From an uncultured Acidimicrobiia bacterium (GTDB lineage Bacteria > Actinomycetota > Acidimicrobiia > IMCC26256 > JAENVU01): 64,000 nucleotides of DNA. Below, piece by piece: positions 48,302 through 58,332 of the stretch. The notes below the pieces were generated by a model that saw only the letters and a list, made by a program, of their open reading frames with translations, ran no database searches and had not been told where the DNA came from. A program made the position numbers and the translations under genes. The stretch spans positions 984,785 to 1,048,784 of the forward strand of contig CAWDDH010000003.1 in the NCBI GenBank assembly GCA_963801105.1. The letters run 5' to 3'. The first letter of the stretch is position 1. The number at the start of each line of letters is the position of its first letter.

Positions 48302-50747
48302 TCACTCGGTCCGGAGGACCCTCGCCGGTCGGAGGCGCGACGCATGGCGCGCGGGGCCGGCCGCGAGCAGGTTGGCGACCGCGAGCGTGACCGGGATTGC
48401 GAGGACGACGACGGTGATCGCGACGGGCGCGACGAACACGAGTGGCGTGGAGTCGGCGACCCAGCGCCAGGCGAGGCGACCGAGCACGATCCCGAGGGGG
48501 ATGCCGACGACGAGCCCGACGAGCCCGACGGTCCCCGCCGTGGACGCGACGCTGATCGCCGTCTGGCGGGGAGTGAAGCCGATCGCCCGCAGGATCGCGA
48601 GCTCGTGCCGTCGGCGCCGGACCGCGGTGACGAGCGCGTGCCCGAGTGCCGCGATGCCGAGCAGCACCAGGAAGCCGGACAGCGCGGGGGAGCGGCCGGA
48701 CGTTCCGCAGATTGAGGACGTCCTGGGGGGTGGCGATCGGGTCCACCTCGACCCCGGTTCGGCCGTGCAACGCCTCGATCGACTGTGCCGGGTGGGAGTG
48801 GAAGGCTGCGACGACGGCCGTCCTCTCCGCGGTGTCGTACCGCGCGCGGGCCCTCAGCCCGGTCGCACGCGTGAGGCCTCCCGGCGTGATCGCCGCGCCC
48901 TGGTCGAAGGACGAGTGCGGCGTCTGGGGCAGCAACGCGATCCCCGTGACGGTGAGGGTCACGGGGCGGTGCTGGTCGATCCGGAGCCGCAGGTGATCGC
49001 CGACGTGGCGGTGCAACGCCGCGGCTGAGGCGGGTCCGAGCGCGATCTCGTCGGCTCGGCGCGGAACGCGACCGGAGACGACGACGAAGGGATTGCGGCC
49101 GTGCAGCGGTGTGACCGCATAGGTCGGCACCTCGGTGCCCTGCACGGTGGCCGCGACCCGTTCCATCACCCCGGAGGCGACGACGTTCCGGTCGCGGCCG
49201 AGGTCCTCGGTGACCGCGCTGAAGTCCTGTTCCGACTCCGGGTACGCCGTCGCCTGCCAGATCTGCCCCGAGCGCGTCGGCGTGGTCAGCGCATCGTCGA
49301 TACCGTGGATCAGCCCGAAGCAGCCGACCACGCCGGTGACCGCGGCAACCGCACCCACGATCGCGGGCCGGGTCGGCAGCGACCTGCTCCCGTGGCCCCG
49401 GTCCACCGCGAGGCCGACGCCGAGCCCGACCGGAAGGGGCAGGGTGGCGCGGGCCCACCGTCCGAGCGTCGAGGTCCGCCCGGGGGCCCGGAGTCGGCCC
49501 GTGCCGGCGGCGCGCCACGCGGCCAGGGCGGCGGCCGTGAGCACGGCGAGGATGACGATCGCCGCTCCGGGGAGGACCACGACCGCGTCCAGATGGACAC
49601 TCTGGTCGGGGTCGAGGCGACCGGCCAGCCCCACCGGGAACAACGGCGACAGCGCGACCGAGACCGCGACCGCCACCGCGCCACCCAGGCCGGCGACCGC
49701 CACCTGCGGGAGCACCAGGCCGCGGATCAGCTCGGTGCGCACCAGGCCGATCGAGCGCAGGGTCGGGGCGTCCACCGCCATCGCGTCGACGGACCGGGCG
49801 ATGGCCTGGCCGACGAGCACGAGGCTCGCCAGGGCGGCCGCGGCGGCGAACAGCAGGAGTCCGACCCGCTCGAGGTCCGTCGCGTGCACCACGCGCTTGT
49901 CGTCCTCGGCGAGATCCCGGATCGGGACCTGGGAGCCCGGGACGGGGGCTCCGTCGATCTCGTCGGCGCGGAGGTGCAGGACCCGTGCGACGTCGGCGTG
50001 GAACGTCGCGAGGTCGGTGCCGGGTCGGAGCCGGACCACCAGGTTCGTCGCCTCCTCGATGTGGCCCGCCGGTACGTCGCCGTGGCGGACGCCGTAGCGC
50101 TCGAGCACGGCTCCACTCGGGAAGAAGCCGGGTTCGTCCGGTTGGAAGATCTGGTCCATCGTGCTGTCGCCGATGCCGACCACACGCGCGGGGATCGTGG
50201 GACCGCCGCGCATCGGTGCCTGGCCGTAGAACGCGTTGAGGTCGTTCGCACTGCGCATCGTCACGCGGTCGCCGACCGCGAGCCCGAACTTCGCAGCCGC
50301 CGTCCGGTTCACCACGACCTCGTCGAGCCGGTGCGGGTCGGGGAGCCGTCCGGCGACGAGCAGCGGTCGCGCGACGGTCCGGTACAGCTGCGAGTCGGCG
50401 GGTGGGAGACCGCCGATCTGCTGGTGGTGGCTCGAGATCGTGATGGCGGCGAGGGCGAACTCACCGCTGGCGGCCACCTCGGGGAGCCGGCGGACGGGGC
50501 CGTAGTCGGCAGTGTGGGAGCCGGCCTGGGTGCCGAAGACGATCGCGTCGGGCGCGGCCGTCGCCGCCTTGTACCGCGGGAAGGCCGCGTGGGTCCGCCG
50601 GGCGCCCGCGACGGCCGCGATCGACACGCCCCCCGCGGCGCCGGCGAGCAGCCCGAGCAGGACGGTCGCCCGCCATCGGCGCGCGAGCTCGCGGCGGGCC
50701 CAGAACCGGGCGGCACCGGTCCGGGTGCGGGTCGGGTGGCCGGGCAC
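48302..50747 (-). CDS. FtsX/MacB-type ABC permease (frameshift near 48683)
   Basis: AGARRT, EVVVN, LRSIGL, and C-terminal RRRRHELAILRAIGFT..PARVLRTE in a second frame. Confidence 0.85.
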
Positions 50748-50864
50748 GAGGTCATCCTGACCCCGGGCCCGGCTCGGGGGAAGGCGGACACCCCCCGAGA
50801 TGTGGTGGTGCCAGCACCCGGCCCGCCTGGCGGAGCCGACTCCGGGGCGGCCTACACTTTCAGC

Positions 50865-50896
50865 GCTGCCGGGAGCCGTGCGTGCCCTGGACGGCG
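50865..50896 (+). promoter_or_regulatory. Possible pan-type leader hairpin
   Basis: After -10 TACACT (50853-50858): stem GGG-A-(G)-C / G-T-(G)-CCC with opposed bulged Gs, abutting the GGAGG RBS. Confidence 0.3.
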
Positions 50897-50907
50897 GAGG
50901 TCACGAG

Positions 50908-51834
50908 ATGACGGTTGGACCCGCTCCATCACGCTCCGGCACGAAGCCGGTCACCGCGCCCGAGATCGCCGCGGCCAAGAGCACCGACGAGCCTCTCGTC
51001 ATGGTCACGGCATACGACGCGCCGAGCGCGCGGGTGGTCGACGGCGCCGGGGTCGACATGATCCTGGTCGGCGACACGCTCGCAATGGTCGTGCTCGGCT
51101 ACGACGACACGCTGCAGGTCACGACCGACGACATGGCCCACCACGTCGGCGCGGTCGCGCGGACCAAGCCGCACGCGCTGATCGTCGGCGACTTGCCGTG
51201 GATGAGCTACCACGTGTCACGCGAGGAGACGGTGCGCAACGCGGCGACGCTGATCCGGGCGGGGGCGGGGGCGGTCAAGCTCGAGGGCGGCCGGAAGCGT
51301 CTGGATGCCATCACCGCGATCCTCGACACCGAGATCCCCGTGATGGGTCACCTCGGGCTGACACCGCAGTCGATCCACGCGCTCGGCGGCTTCAAGGTAC
51401 AGGGCAAGCAGCTCGACGCGGCCCGGCGCATCGTGGACGACGCCGTCGCCCTCGCCGAGGCCGGCTGCTTCGCGATCGTCCTCGAGTGCGTACCCGACGG
51501 GGTCGCCCGCATGGTCACTGACGCGATCTCGGTGCCGACGATCGGGATCGGCGCCGGCCGCCACTGCGACGGTCAGGTCCTCGTGTACCACGACCTGCTC
51601 GGGCTGGAGGACCGCATGCGGCCCCGATTCGTCCGGCGCTACGCCGAGCTGGGGGCGGTCGCGACGGCGGCCGTGGCCGAGTTCGTCGACGACGTGCGGG
51701 CCCGCCGGTTCCCCTCGAGCGAGGAGACCTACCACATGACCGACCAGCTCGAAGGCGCCATCGACCTGTCGGGCGTCGAGGTCGCCGGCGACGGCTCGGA
51801 TCAGCCGACCCCCTCCACGCTCACCGACGCATAG
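50908..51834 (+). CDS. panB: Ketopantoate hydroxymethyltransferase
   Basis: MVTAYD, ILVGD, VKLEGG, GHLGLTPQS, GIGAG..DGQVLV. Confidence 0.96.
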   Translation: MTVGPAPSRSGTKPVTAPEIAAAKSTDEPLVMVTAYDAPSARVVDGAGVDMILVGDTLAMVVLGYDDTLQVTTDDMAHHVGAVARTKPHALIVGDLPWMSYHVSREETVRNAATLIRAGAGAVKLEGGRKRLDAITAILDTEIPVMGHLGLTPQSIHALGGFKVQGKQLDAARRIVDDAVALAEAGCFAIVLECVPDGVARMVTDAISVPTIGIGAGRHCDGQVLVYHDLLGLEDRMRPRFVRRYAELGAVATAAVAEFVDDVRARRFPSSEETYHMTDQLEGAIDLSGVEVAGDGSDQPTPSTLTDA

Positions 51835-51954
51835 CGCGGACCCGCCGGAAGGATGGTCCCACCCCCCGTCTAGGGTCACGCCCGATAGGTCCGTGCGGGC
51901 CAGCTCTGGTAGCGTCCGCGCCTCACATCGGGAACCCCGCCTCGGCGGCCGGAT

Positions 51955-52062
51955 CCCTTCATGTCCACCCTGCCCCTCGGCGGCGGGACCGCGTGCGGTC
52001 CTCCCGGCCCGGGGGCCCACCGGGGCCAGCGGCGCCCGGTGGTCCGAAGGAGGTATCGGTCC
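51955..52062 (+). promoter_or_regulatory. Structured rpsF leader (possible S6:S18 autoregulatory element)
   Basis: Pyrimidine tract CCCTGCCCCTCGG able to pair with CCGAAGGAGG RBS; internal hairpins GGACCGC/GCGGTCC and CCACCGGG/CCCGGTGG. Confidence 0.4.
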
Positions 52063-52437
52063 ATGCGACCGTACGAGGTCATGGTCATCTTCGACGCGGA
52101 CCTGGAAGAGGAGACCATCCGGTCCAGCGTCGATCGCTCGATCGAGCTCATCGAGTCCAAGGGCGCCGAGCGGGGCCCGGTGGACTGGTGGGGCAAGCGG
52201 CGACTCGCCTACGAGCTCAAGCACCGCTGGGAGGGCTACTACGTGGTCCTCCAGGCCAAGGCCGAGCCCGCGGCGATGGACGAGCTGCACCGTTCGCTCT
52301 CCCTTTCCGACGAGGTCATCCGGCACAAGATCCTCCGGATCCCCGAGCACGTCTACGGCACGCTCGGGGGCACGCCGTCACCGGCCGACGCAGGTCCCGA
52401 CCTGGCCGGCGAGGCGAGCGACGACGACGACGAGTAG
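52063..52437 (+). CDS. rpsF: 30S ribosomal protein S6
   Basis: MRPYEVMVI, WGKRRLAYE, EGYY. Confidence 0.96.
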   Translation: MRPYEVMVIFDADLEEETIRSSVDRSIELIESKGAERGPVDWWGKRRLAYELKHRWEGYYVVLQAKAEPAAMDELHRSLSLSDEVIRHKILRIPEHVYGTLGGTPSPADAGPDLAGEASDDDDE

Positions 52438-52515
52438 GCGGCCTGCTCCCGGGTCGCCGGGCGGATCCCGTCGCATGAGCACGAAGACCGCGCGAGCGGC
52501 ATTGGAGGCACGACC

Positions 52516-53023
52516 ATGGCAGACAACACCATCACCATCGTGGGCAACCTGACCCGCGATCCCGAGATCCGGTACATGGCGAATGGAACCGGCGAAGGCT
52601 GAACTCGGTATCGCGGTCAGCCGGCGCTGGCAGAATCGCCAGACCAACGAGTGGGAGGAGCGCACGAGCTTCTTCAACGTCGTCGCTTGGCGTGACATGG
52701 CCGAGAACATCAGCGACACGCTGGCCAAGGGCACACGCGTGATCGTCAACGGCCGGCTCGAGCAGCGCTCGTGGGAGACCGAGCAGGGCGACAAGCGCAG
52801 CGTCGTCGAGATCGTCGCGGACGAGATCGGGCCGAGCCTGCGCTGGGCGACGGCCGAGGTCAAGCGCTCCGAGCGCCGTGGCGGCGGTGGGAGTGGCGGC
52901 AGCGACTTCGGCGGCGGCGGACGGGGATCCGGGGCCGGGGGTGGCGGTGGTGCTGGTGGCGCCGGGGGTGGCGCACCCGCGCCGTCCGGTGGATACGACG
53001 GCTTCGACGAAGAGCCCTTCTAG
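52516..53023 (+). CDS. ssb: Single-stranded DNA-binding protein (frameshift near 52591)
   Basis: [10 protein letters not shown] then [19 protein letters not shown], Gly-rich linker, DEEPF tail. Confidence 0.92.
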
Positions 53024-53040
53024 GCGCGAAAGGCAATCTG

Positions 53041-53527
53041 ATGGCACGAGATCGGGAACGGCGCAAGAGCCCCGCCAACGACCGGCGGAGAGTCCAGAAG
53101 AAGAAGGTGTCGATCCTCACCCAGGAGAAGATCGACTGGGTCGACTACAAGGACGTGAACCTGCTCCGGCGCTTCATGTCCGAGCGGGCCAAGATCCGGG
53201 CCCGTCGGGTCACGGGGAACAACGCCCAGCAGCAGCGGGAGATCGCGCGCGCGATCCGCGTGGCGCGTGAGATGGCCCTGCTGCCCTACAGCGTCCGCCA
53301 GGTGACCCAGCGCAGCCGCAGCGGCCGGAGGGACCGTGACCGGTTGGATCCCGAGCGCGCCGATGCCGACGCCCGACGCACCGCCTCCCGCGAGTGCGGA
53401 CGAGAACGGCGAGCTGCCCGAGGGCGTGACCATGGACGCGACCGGCGCGGAGAGTGCGGGTGCCGAGTCCACCACGGCGGTCGAGGTGACGGTGGTGCCC
53501 GAGACGAGCGACGGGGGCGAGGCATGA
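53041..53527 (+). CDS. rpsR: 30S ribosomal protein S18, Zn-free form, with probable acidic tail (frameshift near 53345)
   Basis: [34 protein letters not shown]; end inferred from ATGA overlap with rplI. Confidence 0.88.
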
Positions 53528-53971
53528 AGATCGTGCTCCGCGAAGACGTCGAGCAGCTCGGCAAGAAGGGCGACCTGCTCGAGGTCGCACCCGGCTACGC
53601 GCGCAACTACCTCGTCCCTCGCGGTCTCGCGATGGTCGCGAGCCGCGGTGCGGAGAAGCAGGCGACGGCGATGCGCCGCAACCGCGAGGTGCCGCGACGC
53701 GCGCGAGCGCGAACAGGCGCAGGCGCTCGTCGCCCAGCTGACCGCGGTGCCGGTGCTCGTCACCGCCCGCGCCGGCGAGGGCGGCAAGCTCTTCGGCTCG
53801 GTGACCTCCGCCGATATCGCCGTGGCCATCGAGTCGGCCAGCGGGGTCACGGTCGACCGGCGCAAGGTGTCGCTCGACGAACCGATCAAGGCGCTCGGCA
53901 CCAGCGAGGTCGAGGTCGTGCTCCACGCCGACGTGAAGGTGACCGTCACGGTGGAGGTCGTCGCCGGCTGA
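53524..53971 (+). CDS. rplI: 50S ribosomal protein L9 (frameshift near 53692)
   Basis: [16 protein letters not shown] then [14 protein letters not shown]. Confidence 0.93.
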
Positions 53972-53994
53972 GCGACGCCACTTCCTGCAGGTCT

Positions 53995-54028
53995 CGAATC
54001 GACCCGCCCGCGAGGGCGGGTCGATTCG
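53995..54028 (+). terminator. Hairpin after rplI
   Basis: CGAATCGACCCGCCC-GCGA-GGGCGGGTCGATTCG, 15-bp perfect stem. Confidence 0.75.
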
Positions 54029-54078
54029 CGCGGATTCGCCCGCGTGGTCACACCGCGCGGCCACGATGATCCCGACCG

Positions 54079-54163
54079 TCATCCACAGGCCTGGGGACGA
54101 CGAGGGTCCACCGTCCCCAGGTAATCCACACAGATACTGGGGCTTGTCCACTTCCAACCCACA
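54079..54163. promoter_or_regulatory. DnaA-box cluster upstream of dnaB
   Basis: TCATCCACA, TAATCCACA, TTGTCCACT, CAACCCACA plus weaker matches. Confidence 0.6.
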
Positions 54164-54216
54164 GGCCGCGAGTGTGACGATGACCTCCGGGATGTCGGGG
54201 GTCGGGGAGGGTTCGC

Positions 54217-55578
54217 GTGGTGCAACCGAGTGAGGTGCGCCGACCGCCATCGGGCGGTCGGATCCCACCCCACAACCTCGAAGCCGAGGAGTCGCTCCTC
54301 GGCGCGATGCTGATCTCGCGCGACGCGATCACCGCCGCGGTCGAGGCGCGGGTCGACGCGGCCGACTTCTACAAGCCCGCGCACGGTCACGTCTTCGACG
54401 CGATCTGGAGCCTGTACGAGCAGGGCGAGCCGGTCGACCCGGTGACGGTGGCGGAGGAGCTGCGCCGCGCCAACCTGCTCGAAGCGCTCGGGGGCAAGGG
54501 GATCCTGCTCCAGCTCCAGGCAAGCACGCCGGCGTCGGCCAACGCGGGCCACTACGCGCGGATCGTCGGTGACCTCGCGCTGCTGCGCCGCCTGATCACG
54601 GTGTCGGGCGAGATCGCCGAGAGCGCGTACGGCCAGCCCGACGACGTGACCGAGACGGTGGACCGCGCGGAGGCCATGGTCTTCGAGGTCGCGGAGAAGC
54701 GCATCTCGGAATCGCTGGTGAAGCTGTTCGAGTCGGTCACCGAGACGGTGGACCAGCTCGAGCACATGTACGGCGACGAGGATGCGCTGACCGGCATGCC
54801 GACCGGCTATCACGACGTCGACCGCATCCTGCTCGGGCTCCAGCCCTCGACGCTCAACATCGTCGCCGCCCGTCCCGGCGCCGGGAAGACCGCGTTCATG
54901 CTCGGCGCCGCCGCGAACGTCGCGATGGAGAGCCGGCGGCCGGTGTTGTTCTTCTCCCTCGAGATGGGCGCGGTCGAGCTCACCAAGCGCATGCTCGCGG
55001 CGGAGTCGCGCGTCGATGCCCGCAAGCTCCAGACCGGCAAGCTCACCGACGCCGACTGGGGCCGGCTCAACACGGCGATCAGCCACCTCGGTGAGGCGCC
55101 GATGTTCATCGACGACAACCCGCACTGCACCGTGATGGAGATGCGGGCCAAGGCCCGGCGGATCAAGGCCCGCTACGGCGACCTCGGCCTGATCGTGGTC
55201 GACTACCTCCAGCTGATGAGCTCGCCCCGCCGCTCGGAGAACCGCCAGGTGGAGGTCTCGGAGATGTCGCGCGGGCTGAAGATCCTGGCCCGCGAGCTCG
55301 AGTGTCCGCTCGTGGTCGGTGCGCAGCTCAACCGTCAGCTCGAGTACCGCCAGGACAAGCGCCCGATGCTGGCGGACCTGCGCGAGTCCGGCTCGATCGA
55401 ACAGGACGCCGACGTCGTGCTCTTCCTCTACCGGGACGACGCCTACAACCCCGAGTCGGACCAGCGGGGTGTCGCCGAGGTGATCGTGGGCAAGCACCGC
55501 AACGGCCCCACCGGCACCGCCCGCCTCGCCTTCCTCGACCACATCGTCAAGTTCGCCAACATGGCGGCCACTCCCTGA
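54217..55578 (+). CDS. dnaB: Replicative DNA helicase
   Basis: PPHNLEAE, AARPGAGKT, VDYLQL, DLRESGSIEQDAD, KHRNGP; no intein. Confidence 0.97.
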   Translation: MVQPSEVRRPPSGGRIPPHNLEAEESLLGAMLISRDAITAAVEARVDAADFYKPAHGHVFDAIWSLYEQGEPVDPVTVAEELRRANLLEALGGKGILLQLQASTPASANAGHYARIVGDLALLRRLITVSGEIAESAYGQPDDVTETVDRAEAMVFEVAEKRISESLVKLFESVTETVDQLEHMYGDEDALTGMPTGYHDVDRILLGLQPSTLNIVAARPGAGKTAFMLGAAANVAMESRRPVLFFSLEMGAVELTKRMLAAESRVDARKLQTGKLTDADWGRLNTAISHLGEAPMFIDDNPHCTVMEMRAKARRIKARYGDLGLIVVDYLQLMSSPRRSENRQVEVSEMSRGLKILARELECPLVVGAQLNRQLEYRQDKRPMLADLRESGSIEQDADVVLFLYRDDAYNPESDQRGVAEVIVGKHRNGPTGTARLAFLDHIVKFANMAATP

Positions 55579-55649
55579 CGCGTCCCCCGGCAGGTACTCC
55601 TTCGAGCGCCCGATACGCGCCGAAAGCAGCACGTTCGCGGCGGAGAAGG

Positions 55650-56135
55650 TCAGCCCGGTCGGTGCCAGTCGCGGTTCGGCTCGGCGGGGGGCATCACGAA
55701 GCCGGGCTGGGGGCGCCACCCCGAAGCGCGCAGGTCCTCGTTGACGTGGGCCATGTTGAGCAGGTCCTCCTCGTAGGAGAACCTGCCGCCGCCCGCGTAG
55801 ACGAGGGTGGAGTAGCCGGACTGGCGGTACGGAGTGCCGTCGGGTCGGGTGCCGGGCGTGATCTGGGTCCACTTGACCACGACGGTGTCGCCCTCGATCG
55901 CCACGTACTCCACCGGGAAGGTCCAGTCCTCGAGCCCGCGCATGGACTCGTCGAGGAATCTACGGAGCTCGTCGATGCCCTCGACCCGCCCCCACGCGGG
56001 ATCGATGTAGACGCAGTCGTGGGTGAAGAAGTCGGCGATGCCGCCCCACCCTTGCTCCTCGCCGGCATCGATGCGCCGGCGCAGGTCCTGGTATCGCTCG
56101 AGGGTGGCTTCGATCTCGGCTCGGGGAAACGGCAT
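55650..56135 (-). CDS. SnoaL/NTF2-like protein
   Basis: FTHDCVYIDPAWG, LVYAGGGRFSYEEDLLN. Confidence 0.8.
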   Translation of the reverse strand: MPFPRAEIEATLERYQDLRRRIDAGEEQGWGGIADFFTHDCVYIDPAWGRVEGIDELRRFLDESMRGLEDWTFPVEYVAIEGDTVVVKWTQITPGTRPDGTPYRQSGYSTLVYAGGGRFSYEEDLLNMAHVNEDLRASGWRPQPGFVMPPAEPNRDWHRPG

Positions 56136-56145
56136 GGCGGTCCTC

Positions 56146-56805
56146 TCAGAACAGCTTGAGCTTGGGGTCGTCGTGGGTACGCAGGTCGTCGAGGTCGATC
56201 TCGACGCACTCGATGTCCAGGCTCTCGGCGTACACGCGGGCCTGCGGCTTGATGCGCGTCGCGACGAACATGCCCCGCGTCGGGGCGAGCCGGGTGTCGA
56301 GGTCCAGCCGCGCCTGGTAGCGCACGAGTTGGTCCACCCCGGCGATCTCGCCGATGCGCTTGACCTCGATCGCGACGGCCCGCCCCTCGCCGTCCCGGCA
56401 GAGGAAGTCGATCGGGCCGATGTCGGTGGGGTACTCGCGCCGTACGAGGGTCAGGTCGTCGCGCAGCGCCCGGACGCGCATCTCGATCAGCGCCTGGAGC
56501 TCGGCCTCGACACCGTCCTTCTCGAGCCCGGGATCCTCCCCGAGCTCGAGCGTGTGGTCGTGCAGGATCTCGTGGAGCTCCACGACGAGCCGCTCCCCCT
56601 TGGGACTCTCGGCCGTGATCGTGTCGTCGGCGACGCGGATCGTGCAGGGCGGGCTCATCCAGTTGAGTGGCTTGTAGGCCCGTGCGTCCGAGTGGATCGC
56701 GAGACTGCCGTCGGCCTTGAGCATCACCAGCCGGGTCGCGGCCGCGAGCCGGGCGCCGAGACGGCCTTCGTAGGTGACCGAGCAGCGGGCCAGGATCAAG
56801 CGCAC
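56146..56805 (-). CDS. nucS: Mismatch endonuclease NucS/EndoMS
   Basis: ARCSVTYEGRL, KPLNWM, GLEKDGVE, GPID, IEVKR, QLVRY; C-terminal clamp motif LKLF. Confidence 0.94.
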   Translation of the reverse strand: MRLILARCSVTYEGRLGARLAAATRLVMLKADGSLAIHSDARAYKPLNWMSPPCTIRVADDTITAESPKGERLVVELHEILHDHTLELGEDPGLEKDGVEAELQALIEMRVRALRDDLTLVRREYPTDIGPIDFLCRDGEGRAVAIEVKRIGEIAGVDQLVRYQARLDLDTRLAPTRGMFVATRIKPQARVYAESLDIECVEIDLDDLRTHDDPKLKLF

Positions 56806-56881
56806 GGCAGATGTTCGCACGTGGGAACCGACCGGTGGGTCGGGACGTCCAAGGCGTCCCAGACGACCCGAGGGGGAGAAC

Positions 56882-57798
56882 ATGCGACGGTGGTTCGGAC
56901 CTGTGGTGGTGCTCCTGCTGGTGGCCGGGGGCTTCGTCGCCCTCGTGCGCTCCGGACGTGACGGCGCGTCGTCTCCGAAGGAGGAGGGTCGGCGACGGCG
57001 ACGGCGACGGCGCCGACGCGCGCGACGAGCGGTGCCGCCGCCGACTCGGTCGCGGCCGCCAAGGTGGCGGGGCCCGTCGCGCGCGCGACCGGCGACGGGG
57101 TGAGCAGCACCGGTGCCGTGCCGCGGGTGGATACCAAGGTGGTCAAGCGGGCTTCGATCGAGCTCCGGGTTCCCGGCCGGTCGTTGGACCGCCGCTTCGC
57201 GTCGGTCTCGGGCCTCGCCGATCTGCTCGGCGGCTACGTATCGAGCACGGATCGCGCCGGTGCCGTGGCCACGGTCTCGCTGCGGGTCCCGGCCGCGCAG
57301 TTCGGGACGGCCCTGACGCGCCTGGCCGCGTTCGGGAAGGTCACGGCCCGCTCGGAGCGGGGCGAGGACGTGACCGCCCAGTTCGTGGACCTCGACGCGC
57401 GGGTCCGAAATCTCGCGGCCCAGGAGACCGTGCTCCAGAACCTCATGGACCGGGCGAGCTCGGTGCCCGACACCATCGCGGTGCAACAGCAGCTCTCGGA
57501 CACTCGCGGCCAGATCGAGCAGCTCAGCGGCCAGCGGAACCTCCTGGCCGACCAGGCGTCCTTCGCAACCATCGCGGTCACGCTGCACGGCGGGGCCGTG
57601 GCCGTGGCGCCGGCGCCGGAGCGCGGCTCGCTCGCGCAGGCGGGGCACGACGCGGTTGGCGTCTCGGTCGCGATCCTGGCGGGCGCGATCGTGGTCCTCG
57701 GCGCGGTCGTGCCGATCGGCGTGCTGGTGGCGGTGGGCGTCCTGATCTGGACGGCGGTCCGCCGTCGCCGGCGCGCCACCCTCCGCCCCACGGGCTGA
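56882..57798 (+). CDS. DUF4349 family protein (frameshift near 56985)
   Basis: LRVPA, EDVTAQFVDLDAR, QIEQLSGQ, C-terminal TM; signal-like N-terminus in another frame. Confidence 0.8.
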
Positions 57799-57855
57799 TG
57801 TCCGGCCGGCGAGCCCGACCGGGAGCGTCGGTGCGACGGTCGGTAGCCTCGAGCC

Positions 57856-58137
57856 GTGACCTTCTACGACCAGGTGCTGCGCGAGCTCGTCGTGGCGTTC
57901 GGGGGCGCCTTGTTCATCGCCAACGTCCTGGCCCTCGTGCGACGCCGCCGGGACACCGAGGTGCGGTCGGGGTCCGCCGGTGCGCGGAGCGCGAAGGTCA
58001 AGGGCTCCAGCCGGTTGGCGACCACGGGGCGCACCCGGGAGGGTGAGCTGATCCAGGCGCCGGTGGCGCGGTCGGTGGCGTTCGCGGCGCTCGGCTTCGT
58101 GATGATGGTGGCCGGGATCGCAGCCTTGACCGCCTAG
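57856..58137 (+). CDS. Small two-TM membrane protein
   Basis: Two hydrophobic segments; TAGCCT-N6-GTG. Confidence 0.72.
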   Translation: MTFYDQVLRELVVAFGGALFIANVLALVRRRRDTEVRSGSAGARSAKVKGSSRLATTGRTREGELIQAPVARSVAFAALGFVMMVAGIAALTA

Positions 58138-58181
58138 CCCGGTCGAGGCGGCCTGGGCGCGGCCGGTCCGGTGGCTGCTCT

Positions 58182-58255
58182 TGGAGCGGGTGACGAGAAT
58201 CGAACTCGCGTTCTCAGCTTGGGAAGCTGATGTTCTGCCTCTGAACTACACCCGC
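58182..58255 (-). tRNA. tRNA-Gly(CCC)
   Basis: GCGGGTGTAGTTCAG...TCAGC-TTCCCAA-GCTGA...GTTCGATTC...TCCA; -10 TATGAT at 58266-58271. Confidence 0.97.
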
Positions 58256-58270
58256 GGGATCGAGGATCAT

Positions 58271-58311
58271 ACGTGAAACGGCCCCGGGAGCTTCCCGGGG
58301 CCGTTTCACGT
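58271..58311 (-). terminator. Hairpin after the PKD-protein gene
   Basis: 19-bp perfect stem ACGTGAAACGGCCCCGGGA-GCT-TCCCGGGGCCGTTTCACGT. Confidence 0.75.
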
Positions 58312-58332
58312 CGTGCTGAAGCGCGGTCCGGA

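Noticed and set aside
48114..50747. ABC permease fused to a C-terminal zinc finger
   Set aside because: The true permease C-terminus (..PARVLRTE) is in another frame ending at 48302; the fusion is a frameshift artefact
52516..53971. Programmed frameshifting or pseudogenisation of ssb, rpsR and rplI
   Set aside because: No shared slippery motif, the genes are essential or highly conserved, and similar indels occur throughout the region; sequencing error is more likely
54217..55578. Intein in DnaB (also checked for GyrA)
   Set aside because: Lengths are normal (453 and 820 aa) and motifs are contiguous
56989..57015. GGCGAC hexamer repeats as a phase-variation tract in DUF4349
   Set aside because: A 6-bp unit cannot shift the frame; it probably encodes a low-complexity linker next to a sequencing indel
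58271..58311. parS half-sites (ACGTGAAAC / GTTTCACGT) at the hairpin ends
   Set aside because: Neither forms a full 14-bp parS (4 or more mismatches); better explained as a terminator stem
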